Shown in pieces: positions 56,662 through 64,000 of a DNA stretch of 64,000 nucleotides. The DNA is from an uncultured Actinomycetes bacterium (GTDB lineage Bacteria; Actinomycetota; Thermoleophilia; UBA2241), in the NCBI GenBank assembly GCA_963764225.1, contig CAVXRL010000008.1, forward strand, positions 255,304 through 319,303, read 5' to 3'. Below the pieces are notes generated by a model. The model saw only the letters and a list, made by a program, of their open reading frames with translations. It made no database searches and was not told the DNA's origin. The first letter of the stretch is position 1, and each line of letters starts with the position of its first letter. The translations under genes were made by a program, and so were the position numbers.

Positions 56662-57287
56662 GCTTGCGCTTCCGTCATCGCGCGTCGGGGCTGACGCTCG
56701 TGGAACTGCTGGTGGTAATGACGATCGGCGTCATTGTTTCGGGGGCGATCCTGCTCACGTGGTCGTCGCTCACCCGCTCGTTCTCGTTTACTACGAAGAG
56801 TAGCGACTCGCAGGATTTCGCGCGCGACGCAGTGGCGCGCATGGGCAGAGAGATCCGCGACATGGAACCACTGGGAGCTGCATCCGCCATACTGCTGGCC
56901 GACAGTGACGAACTCGTCTTCACCACTACGTTCAACGAGGCCGGTAACGACACACCTCTCGTCGATCCGGTCCTAACAAGATACTGGTACTCGTGGGACG
57001 CGGACCGGCATGTAGGCGTCCTTCATCGCGAGCGGGGAGGGGTCTCCCGCGTACTTGTGGACAACGTTCTCAACACGAGGACGGGATCCGACGCTGACAT
57101 CTTCAAGTACACCTATGTTGACGCGGGGAGAAACCTGGTTACTGATGGTCAATCCCCCTCAGAGGTCGAGTACGACAGCATCTCCATGATTCGAATTGAC
57201 CTTTCAGTTGACTTGAATCCAGAGTCAGCCCCGCAGCCCATGACAGTCTCAACTCGGGTGCATCTTCGCAACCAGGGCCGGTACTAA
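56658..57287 (+). CDS. prepilin-type N-terminal cleavage/methylation protein (GspJ/PilW-like minor pseudopilin)
   Basis: MSLRFRHRASG|LTLVELLVVMTIGVIVSGAILL prepilin motif. ATGA overlap with the upstream gene. Confidence 0.6.
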   Translation: MSLRFRHRASGLTLVELLVVMTIGVIVSGAILLTWSSLTRSFSFTTKSSDSQDFARDAVARMGREIRDMEPLGAASAILLADSDELVFTTTFNEAGNDTPLVDPVLTRYWYSWDADRHVGVLHRERGGVSRVLVDNVLNTRTGSDADIFKYTYVDAGRNLVTDGQSPSEVEYDSISMIRIDLSVDLNPESAPQPMTVSTRVHLRNQGRY

Positions 57288-57319
57288 GGTCGTCAATTCC
57301 TCGCTGCTGATTCCGGGCG

Positions 57320-57350
57320 GCCTCAACTCCGGCCCGCCTCAACTCCGGCC
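57320..57350. repeat. tandem duplication GCCTCAACTCCGGCC x2 (15-bp unit, 1-nt spacer)
   Basis: Read directly from the sequence, in the convergent gap between the GspJ-like gene and the MMPL gene. Confidence 0.5.
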
Positions 57351-57365
57351 GCATCACTGCCTCTC

Positions 57366-59510
57366 CTAGGACTCGCCGCCCAGCGGCTCCGTGCCCGCGG
57401 CGAGGGGTTGTGCCTCGCGCAGCGGTTCGTGGGCCGCGCTGCTATTCGTCCACCTCGGCCCCGGCCACCCGGCCTTCGAGCCGACCCACAGCGTGAGCCC
57501 CGGCACCAGCGCCGTGCGCACGAGGAACGTGTCGATGAGCACGCCGAGCGCCACGCCGATGCTGATCTCGGCGAGGTCCTTCACCGGCTGAGACAGCAGG
57601 ATGAGGAAGGTGCCGGCCAGGATGATGCCGGCGCTGGTGAGCACGCCGCCGGTGGCCGAGAGCGCCCTCACCGTGCCGTCGTGCAGGCCGCGCAGCATGG
57701 CCTCGCTGCGGATGCGCGTGGTGATGAAGATGTTGTAGTCGCTGCCCAGCGCCACCAGGAAGATGAACATGTACAGCGGGATGCGGTAGCTGATGTGCTC
57801 CCAGCCGAGGATCTTCTCCGTGATGACGATGGTCGCGCCGAGGGCGGCGAGGTACGAGAGCACGTTGGTCAGCAGCAGGTAGAGCGGCGCGACGACGGCG
57901 CGCAGCAGCAGCATGAGGATCGCGCCGACCACCACCAGGGCGACGACGGCCACGACGATCGTGTCGCGGTTGCTCTGCGCCCAGGTGTCGGCCTGGGTGG
58001 CGGTGGGGCCGCCCACGAGGGCTGTGCCCCCGGCCTGGGCGGCCGCCTTGCGCGCGACCCCCCGGAGCTCGCGCACCTGGTTGAGCGCCTCGCTCGAGTA
58101 CGGGTCGCCCTCGAAGATCACCTGGAAGCTGAGCAGCGTGCCGTCCAGCGCGCTGCCGGTCGGGAACGCCGCGGCCACGCCGGGCGACTCGTTCAGCATC
58201 CCGGTGATCATGCCCACGACGGCCTCCGGCGGGGCCTCCGGCGCCTTGACCAGCACCGTGGTCGGCGCCAGCGCCCCCTTGGGGAAGTGCTTCTCGAGCA
58301 AGGCGTAACCCTCGCTTGAGGGCATGCTGGTGAGGAAGTCCTCGGTGAAGCTGAAGCGCGGGCTGTAGAAGAGGCAGCCGAGGGCGAGCACCACGAGGAT
58401 CGCGATGACGCCCAGCGCCGCGCGCCTGGGCCCGGCGGCGACCCACGCGGCGACGCGCTCCCAGGTGCGGTGGGTCGTGGCCTCGCCCTCCTTGGGCACG
58501 CGCGGCCAGAACGCCTTGCGGCCGAGCAGCGCGAGCAGCGCCGGCATGAGCGTGAGCCCGGCGATGAGGGTGACGAACACGCCGAGCCCGAGCACCGGCG
58601 CGAACGACCGGTAGTCGCCGTACTGCGCGAACAGCAGCGTGAGCACGGCGAGCGTCACGGTGAGACCGCTCGCCGCGATGGCCTCCCACGTCTCGCCGAG
58701 CGCCGTCGCCAGCGCCTCGCGCGCGTCGGCGGTGCGCCGCAGGTCCTCGCGGTAGCGCGAGATGAGCAGCAGGCCGTAGTCGGTGCCGGCGCCGAACAGC
58801 AGGATGACCATGAGCGACGTCGCCTGCCCGGAGAGCGTGAAGTCGAAGGTCTTGGCCAGCAGCGCCAGGATGCCGCCGGCGACGAAGTACCCGAACCCGA
58901 CGGCCACGAGCGGCACGAACGGCAGCACCGGCGAGCGGTAGATGAGCAGCAGCAGGACCAGCACGAGGATGACGGTGCCGACGAGCAGCTTCACGTCGGC
59001 GTTCAGGAAGATCTTGTAGACGTCGGTGATGAGGCCGCCGGGACCGGTGACCCGCACCTCCATGCCCTCGACCGTCTGGCCGAAGTGGTCGCGGATCGCC
59101 TCCACCGAGTCGCGGAACGCCTCGTCGCCGGGATTGCCGTTGAGGCTGGCGAAGATCAGCGCCCCCTTGCCGTCCTCGCTGAACTGCACGCTCGCGCTGT
59201 TGACGGGCTGCTCGCCGCCCAGCAGCCAGTCCTCGCCGCTCGTGACGGCGGCCTTCTGGGCGGCCGTCAGCGGCGCCTCGGAGCTGTAGACGACGATGAC
59301 CGGAGTGCCCTTGGCGTTGGGGAACGACGCCTGGTACAGAGCGTCGGCGCGCTTGCTCTCGACCTTGTCGGAGAGACCTTTGGACGCGTCGTTGGTGGTC
59401 ACGCTCTGCAGCTTGGGGCCCATGGACAGCAGGCCGGCCACGACGATCCAGGCCGCGATGACGATCCACGGATGTTTGCCTCTCACGGACCAGGTGATAA
59501 TGCGTCGCAT
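57366..59510 (-). CDS. MMPL-family (RND superfamily) membrane transporter
   Basis: 714 aa with two 6-TM bundles, each followed by a soluble domain, and MMPL-type signatures (…SRYREDL…, …GSDYNIF…). Confidence 0.85.
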   Translation of the reverse strand: MRRIITWSVRGKHPWIVIAAWIVVAGLLSMGPKLQSVTTNDASKGLSDKVESKRADALYQASFPNAKGTPVIVVYSSEAPLTAAQKAAVTSGEDWLLGGEQPVNSASVQFSEDGKGALIFASLNGNPGDEAFRDSVEAIRDHFGQTVEGMEVRVTGPGGLITDVYKIFLNADVKLLVGTVILVLVLLLLIYRSPVLPFVPLVAVGFGYFVAGGILALLAKTFDFTLSGQATSLMVILLFGAGTDYGLLLISRYREDLRRTADAREALATALGETWEAIAASGLTVTLAVLTLLFAQYGDYRSFAPVLGLGVFVTLIAGLTLMPALLALLGRKAFWPRVPKEGEATTHRTWERVAAWVAAGPRRAALGVIAILVVLALGCLFYSPRFSFTEDFLTSMPSSEGYALLEKHFPKGALAPTTVLVKAPEAPPEAVVGMITGMLNESPGVAAAFPTGSALDGTLLSFQVIFEGDPYSSEALNQVRELRGVARKAAAQAGGTALVGGPTATQADTWAQSNRDTIVVAVVALVVVGAILMLLLRAVVAPLYLLLTNVLSYLAALGATIVITEKILGWEHISYRIPLYMFIFLVALGSDYNIFITTRIRSEAMLRGLHDGTVRALSATGGVLTSAGIILAGTFLILLSQPVKDLAEISIGVALGVLIDTFLVRTALVPGLTLWVGSKAGWPGPRWTNSSAAHEPLREAQPLAAGTEPLGGES

Positions 59511-59620
59511 GCCCGAGTCTCCTCCTCGCCTTGGCGGCGGCTCGCGAGCGTCGTTTCGGAGGCCCCATCATACTGGTCCGGGCAAGGACCCGCCGGGGGC
59601 CGCGGGCGATGCGGCGGCCG

Positions 59621-59632
59621 GGTCGCGCGACC
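59621..59632. promoter_or_regulatory. 12-bp perfect palindrome GGTCGCGCGACC in the divergent MMPL/clpC intergenic region, plus the downstream hairpin GTCTCCGG-N19-CCGGAGAC at 59665-59699
   Basis: Both inverted repeats read directly from the sequence. Confidence 0.25.
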
Positions 59633-59777
59633 GGACGAATCGGGTACCATGTAGATAACGTCGTGTCTCCGGTGGGGCGTGAGCGGGTATGCCGGAGACT
59701 AAGGAGTAAGCACCGGAAGCCGTCTCTGTTCCCCCCCGACGACCCGAGCGGCGTCCGCATCGTGAAGGAGTGGCCGC

Positions 59778-62351
59778 ATGTTCGAACGGTTCACCGAACG
59801 CGCCAGACAAGTCGTGGTCCTCGCGCAAGAAGAGGCCCGATCGCTCAAGCACAACTACATCGGTACTGAACATCTGCTGCTCGGCCTCCTTCGCGAGGAG
59901 GAGGGTGTCGCCGCGCGCGTGCTCGACGGCCTCGAAGTGTCCGTCGAGGAGGTCCGCGCCGCCGTCGTGCGCATCGTCGGCTCCGGCGAGGAGTCGCCCC
60001 AGGGGCAGATCCCGTTCACCCCGCGCGCCAAGAAGGTCCTGGAGCTCGCGCTGCGTGAGGCGCTCAGCCTCGGCCACAACTACATCGGCACGGAGCACAT
60101 CCTGCTCGGTCTGGTGCGCGAGGACGAGGGCGTGGCCGCGCGCATCCTGCTCGACCTGGACGCCGAGCCGGAGAAGATCCGCAATGAGGTCATGCGCGCG
60201 CTCAGCGGGCCCGGGCGGCGCAGTACGCAGGCCGGCCAGTCCGAGGGCGGCAAGCGCGCGGCCAAGGTTCTCGACCAGTTCGGACGCAACCTCACCAAGC
60301 TCGCCGAAGAGGGCAAGCTCGACCCGTGCATCGGCCGCCAGACCGAGATCGAGCGGGTCATGCAGATCCTCAGCCGGCGTACCAAGAACAACCCGGTGCT
60401 CATCGGCGAGCCCGGCGTCGGCAAGACGGCCATCGTCGAGGGCTTCGCCCAGCGCATCGCCAATCACGAGGTCCCCGAGCTGCTCAAGGGCAAGCAGGTG
60501 TGGACGCTCGACCTCGCCGCGCTCGTCGCCGGCAGCAAGTACCGCGGCGAGTTCGAGGAGCGCCTCAAGAAGGTCATGAAGGAGATCCGCGAGACGGGCG
60601 ACATCATCCTGTTCATCGACGAGCTCCACAATCTCGTCGGCGCGGGAGCCGCCGAGGGCGCCATCGACGCGGCCAGCATCCTCAAGCCGGCGCTGGCCCG
60701 CGGCGAGTTGCAGACCGTCGGCGCCACCACGCTGGACGAGTACCGCAAGTACCTCGAGCGTGACGCCGCCCTCGAGCGGCGCTTCATGCAGATCAAGGTG
60801 GCCGAGCCGTCGTCCGAGGAGACCGTCGAGATCCTCAAGGGGCTGCGCGACCGCTACGAGGCCCACCACCGCATCCGCATCACCGACGAGGCGCTCGGCT
60901 CGGCCGCCGAGCTGGCCGACCGCTACATCAGCGACCGGTTCCTGCCCGACAAGGCCATCGACCTCATCGACGAGGCCGCCAGCCGCATGCGCATCCGCAC
61001 CATGACCGCCCCGCCCAGCTACCGCGAGCTCGAGGAGGAGATCGCCTCGGTGCGCAAGGAGAAGGAGGCGGCGATCGAGGCGCAGGAGTTCGAGAAGGCG
61101 GCCAACCTGCGCGACAAGGAGCGCAAGCTCAGCCACAAGAAGCTCGAGCTCGAGGACGCCTGGAAGACCAGCGACGAGGGCATGCGCGCCAGCATCGGCG
61201 AGGACGAGATCGCCGAGATCGTCAGCATGTGGACCGGCATCCCGGTGGTCAAGATCACCGAGGCCGAGACCAAGAAGCTTCTGCGCATGGAGGACGAGCT
61301 GCATGCGAGGCTCGTCGGCCAGGATCCGGCGGTCCGCGCCGTCAGCAAGGCCATACGGCGCAGCCGCGCCGGGCTCAAGGACCCACGGCGGCCCACGGGC
61401 TCGTTCATCTTCCTCGGCCCCTCCGGCGTCGGCAAGACGGAGCTCGCCCGCACGCTCGCCAATTTCCTCTTCGGCGACGAGGACCACCTCGTGCAGATCG
61501 ACATGAGCGAGTACATGGAGAAGCACTCGGTGTCCCGCCTCGTCGGCTCGCCGCCCGGCTACGTGGGGCACGAAGAGGGCGGCCAGCTCACCGAGATCGT
61601 CCGCCGCAAGCCGTACAGCGTCATCCTGTTCGACGAGATCGAGAAGGCCCACCCGGACGTGTTCAACGTCCTCCTGCAGATCCTGGAGGACGGACGGCTC
61701 ACCGACTCGCAGGGTCGCACCGTGGACTTCCGCAACGCGATCCTCATCATGACGAGCAACATCGGCGCCTCGATGATCACCAAGGACACGCCGCTCGGCT
61801 TCACCCAGACGGCCAACAAGGGCATGACGTACGACGACATGAAGGGCCGCATCACCGGCGAGCTCAAGCGCGTCTTCAAGCCCGAGTTCCTCAACCGCGT
61901 CGACGAGGTCATCGTCTTCCACAAGTTGGAACGCAAGGAGATCGGCGCGATCGTCGACCTGATGATCGACCGGCTGCGTCAGCAGCTCAAGGTGAGCGGC
62001 GTCGACATCGCGCTCACCGACGCAGGCCGCGACGTGCTGGTCGAGAAGGGCTACGACCCCATGCTCGGCGCCCGCCCGCTGCGGCGCGCCATCCAGCGGT
62101 ACATCGAGGACAAGCTCAGCGACGCCATGCTCGAGCGGTCGTTCCCCGAGGGGACCGTGGTGCTGGTCGACGGGCAGAACGAGGACACCGTGCTCACGGT
62201 CAACGGAGAGGTCGTCGGCGGCAGCGTCGAGCTGCCCATGGTCGGCCTCGACGAGCCCGTCTCGCAGGGCGTCGGCGGAGGGTCCTCGAGCCCGCCGCCG
62301 GGCGGCGAGAGCGAAGGCCCGGACGCCGGCGGCGCGTCCGCGGGCGTGTGA
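59778..62351 (+). CDS. clpC: ATP-dependent Clp protease ATP-binding subunit ClpC
   Basis: [22 protein letters not shown]-terminal repeats, two AAA+ modules ([21 protein letters not shown]), and a UVR-like coiled coil. Confidence 0.95.
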   Translation: MFERFTERARQVVVLAQEEARSLKHNYIGTEHLLLGLLREEEGVAARVLDGLEVSVEEVRAAVVRIVGSGEESPQGQIPFTPRAKKVLELALREALSLGHNYIGTEHILLGLVREDEGVAARILLDLDAEPEKIRNEVMRALSGPGRRSTQAGQSEGGKRAAKVLDQFGRNLTKLAEEGKLDPCIGRQTEIERVMQILSRRTKNNPVLIGEPGVGKTAIVEGFAQRIANHEVPELLKGKQVWTLDLAALVAGSKYRGEFEERLKKVMKEIRETGDIILFIDELHNLVGAGAAEGAIDAASILKPALARGELQTVGATTLDEYRKYLERDAALERRFMQIKVAEPSSEETVEILKGLRDRYEAHHRIRITDEALGSAAELADRYISDRFLPDKAIDLIDEAASRMRIRTMTAPPSYRELEEEIASVRKEKEAAIEAQEFEKAANLRDKERKLSHKKLELEDAWKTSDEGMRASIGEDEIAEIVSMWTGIPVVKITEAETKKLLRMEDELHARLVGQDPAVRAVSKAIRRSRAGLKDPRRPTGSFIFLGPSGVGKTELARTLANFLFGDEDHLVQIDMSEYMEKHSVSRLVGSPPGYVGHEEGGQLTEIVRRKPYSVILFDEIEKAHPDVFNVLLQILEDGRLTDSQGRTVDFRNAILIMTSNIGASMITKDTPLGFTQTANKGMTYDDMKGRITGELKRVFKPEFLNRVDEVIVFHKLERKEIGAIVDLMIDRLRQQLKVSGVDIALTDAGRDVLVEKGYDPMLGARPLRRAIQRYIEDKLSDAMLERSFPEGTVVLVDGQNEDTVLTVNGEVVGGSVELPMVGLDEPVSQGVGGGSSSPPPGGESEGPDAGGASAGV

Positions 62352-62398
62352 AGGGTCTGTGACGACGCCCGGCGCGCGCGGCCGCGAGGCCCGCTGAC

Positions 62399-63826
62399 GT
62401 GGCGAAGACGCAGACCGTGTTCACGTGCGGCGAGTGCGGCCGCCGGGAGGCCAAGTGGCTCGGCCACTGCCCGGACTGCGGCGCCTGGGACTCGTTCGTC
62501 GAAGAACAGGTGACCCCGGCGGGCGGCGCCGGCTATGCCGGCAGGGCCCGCCGCAAGAAGACCGGTGACGGGGCCGGCGGAGGTACAGCCGCCGGCCCCG
62601 TCCGTCTGTCCGAGGTGCGGTCGTCGGCCGCCGAGCGGTTCTCGAGCGGCATCGACGAACTCGACCGCGTGCTCGGCGGCGGCATCGTCCCGGGCTCGCT
62701 GGTGCTCGTGGGCGGCGAGCCCGGCATCGGCAAGTCCACGCTGCTCCTGCAGGTGCTCGACAACGTCGCCGCCGGGCGCCCCGCCCTGCTCGTCTGCGGC
62801 GAGGAGTCGGCCGCGCAGGTCAAGATGCGCGCCGAGCGCATCTGCAAGGGCGCGGCCAACATCGACGTGCTCGCCGAGACCGAGCTCGAGACGGTGCTCG
62901 AGGCCGTCGCCGCCGCGCGCCCCGCGCTGGTCGTCGTCGACTCGGTCCAGACGCTCTACAGCGACTCGTTCACGTCGGCGCCCGGCAGCGTGAGCCAGGT
63001 GAGGGAAGCGGCGGGCCGCTTCCTCCGCCTGGCCAAGGACACCGGCGCCGCCGTCTTCCTCGTCGGCCACGTCACCAAGGAGGGCGCGATCGCCGGCCCC
63101 CGGGTGCTCGAGCACATGGTCGACACGGTGCTGCAGTTCGAGGGCGACCGCTACCGGTTCTACCGCACGCTCCGCGCCGCCAAGAACCGGTTCGGCTCCA
63201 CCAACGAGCTCGGCATCTTCGAGATGACGGGGTCGGGCCTCAAGACGGTGCCCGACCCCTCCGCCCTGTTCCTCAGCGAGGCGGCGCCGGCCGCCGGCTC
63301 CGCCGTGCACGTCGCCGTCGAGGGTACGCGCTGCTTTCTCGTCGAGGTGCAGGCGCTGGTCAACAAGACCGAGCTGGCGATGCCCCGCCGCGTCGCCGTC
63401 GGCTTCGACCGTAACCGTTTGGCGATGCTGGTCGCGGTGCTCGGCAGGCATGCCGGACTCAAGTTGTCGTCTTCCGACATATTTGTTACAATTGCAGGTG
63501 GAATTCGCATCGACGAGCCTGCGGCGGACCTCGCAGTCGCACTCGCTGTCGCCTCAGCGCAGTACGACGTGCCGCTTCCGTCCGCGGCGGCGGTGTTCGG
63601 GGAGATCAGCCTGACGGGCGCACTTCGATCCTGCAGCCAGAGCGAGCGGCGTGTCGCCGAAGCCCAGCGCACTGGCTTCGACCGGGTCGTCGTACCTTCG
63701 TCCGATGCGCGCCGTGCCGGCAGAGGTGTCACCGGTGCGGCAGACCTGCGTGGAGCGTTCGCCGCCACCCTTGGCGGCGCGCCCCGTTCGGCCTCCGGGG
63801 CCACGAACGACGAGTGGGGGGTTTGA
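62399..63826 (+). CDS. radA: DNA repair protein RadA/Sms
   Basis: CGECGRREAKWLGHCPDCGAW zinc finger, GEPGIGKST Walker A, KNRFGSTNELG, and a Lon-like C-terminal domain. Confidence 0.9.
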   Translation: MAKTQTVFTCGECGRREAKWLGHCPDCGAWDSFVEEQVTPAGGAGYAGRARRKKTGDGAGGGTAAGPVRLSEVRSSAAERFSSGIDELDRVLGGGIVPGSLVLVGGEPGIGKSTLLLQVLDNVAAGRPALLVCGEESAAQVKMRAERICKGAANIDVLAETELETVLEAVAAARPALVVVDSVQTLYSDSFTSAPGSVSQVREAAGRFLRLAKDTGAAVFLVGHVTKEGAIAGPRVLEHMVDTVLQFEGDRYRFYRTLRAAKNRFGSTNELGIFEMTGSGLKTVPDPSALFLSEAAPAAGSAVHVAVEGTRCFLVEVQALVNKTELAMPRRVAVGFDRNRLAMLVAVLGRHAGLKLSSSDIFVTIAGGIRIDEPAADLAVALAVASAQYDVPLPSAAAVFGEISLTGALRSCSQSERRVAEAQRTGFDRVVVPSSDARRAGRGVTGAADLRGAFAATLGGAPRSASGATNDEWGV

Positions 63827-64000
63827 TGTATTCAGTCGGAGACAAGGTGGTCTATCCTCACCACGGTGCTGGCAAGATCATGAAGATCGAGCAGAAGGAA
63901 GTGCTCGGCCAGCAGCGGGACTACCTCACCATCCAGATCCTGCACAACGACATGACCGTCATGGTCCCCGTCGAGAATGCCGATCGCGCCGGCCTGCGCA
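63826..64000 (+). CDS. carD: CarD-family RNAP-binding transcription regulator (N-terminal part; runs off window)
   Basis: MYSVGDKVVYPHHGAGKIMKIEQKEVLG...MTVMVPVENADRAGLR sequence. ATG overlaps the radA stop (TGATG). Confidence 0.8.
   Translation, partial: MYSVGDKVVYPHHGAGKIMKIEQKEVLGQQRDYLTIQILHNDMTVMVPVENADRAGLR

Noticed and set aside
52822-57350. Tandem duplications as attL/attR of an integrative element
   Set aside because: The repeat units at the two edges are unrelated in sequence, and no integrase, recombinase or tRNA target is present.

Overview
This is a high-GC (~70%) actinobacterial-type chromosomal segment whose gene order resembles mycobacteria. Core genes present: a partial HPS gene, yjbQ, panC and a DUF2520 gene in one translationally coupled minus-strand operon; tsaE-tsaB-rimI-tsaD; dtd; groES-groEL with a CIRCE element; tilS-hpt-ftsH-folE-folP-folB-folK; nadB-nadC-coaX; dus; greA; lysS; an MMPL transporter; clpC; radA; and the 5' end of carD. 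One initiator-type tRNA-Met was found, with no rRNA, CRISPR array or transposase. The accessory content has three parts. First, a ~13 kb plus-strand operon (16735-29867) joins a THF-dependent methyltransferase pair (an AcsE/MtgA-like pterin-binding methyltransferase and a non-pyrrolysine MttB-superfamily methyltransferase) with three amidohydrolases/peptidases (DmpA/P1, a C45 NTN hydrolase, and D-aminoacylase) and a Dpp/Opp-type ABC importer (BC permeases, a fused two-NBD D/F ATPase, and a C-terminally anchored SBP), followed by a PucR-family regulator. Second, a low-GC (~55-58%) island (53.4-57.3 kb) carries three prepilin-like genes, including a 590-aa FN3-containing pilin-like adhesin, preceded by a small polybasic membrane protein; no pilus ATPase or peptidase lies in the window. 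Third, there is a tungsten-type aldehyde:ferredoxin oxidoreductase. A family-4 UDG carries a disordered C-terminal tail ending in a beta-clamp-like QLGLF motif. At least eight single-base frameshifts (two of them in essential tilS) indicate an indel-prone assembly rather than gene decay. Coordinates follow the supplied ORF track where a gene boundary coincides with a track ORF; other starts are inferred from codon offsets and are accurate to about one codon.
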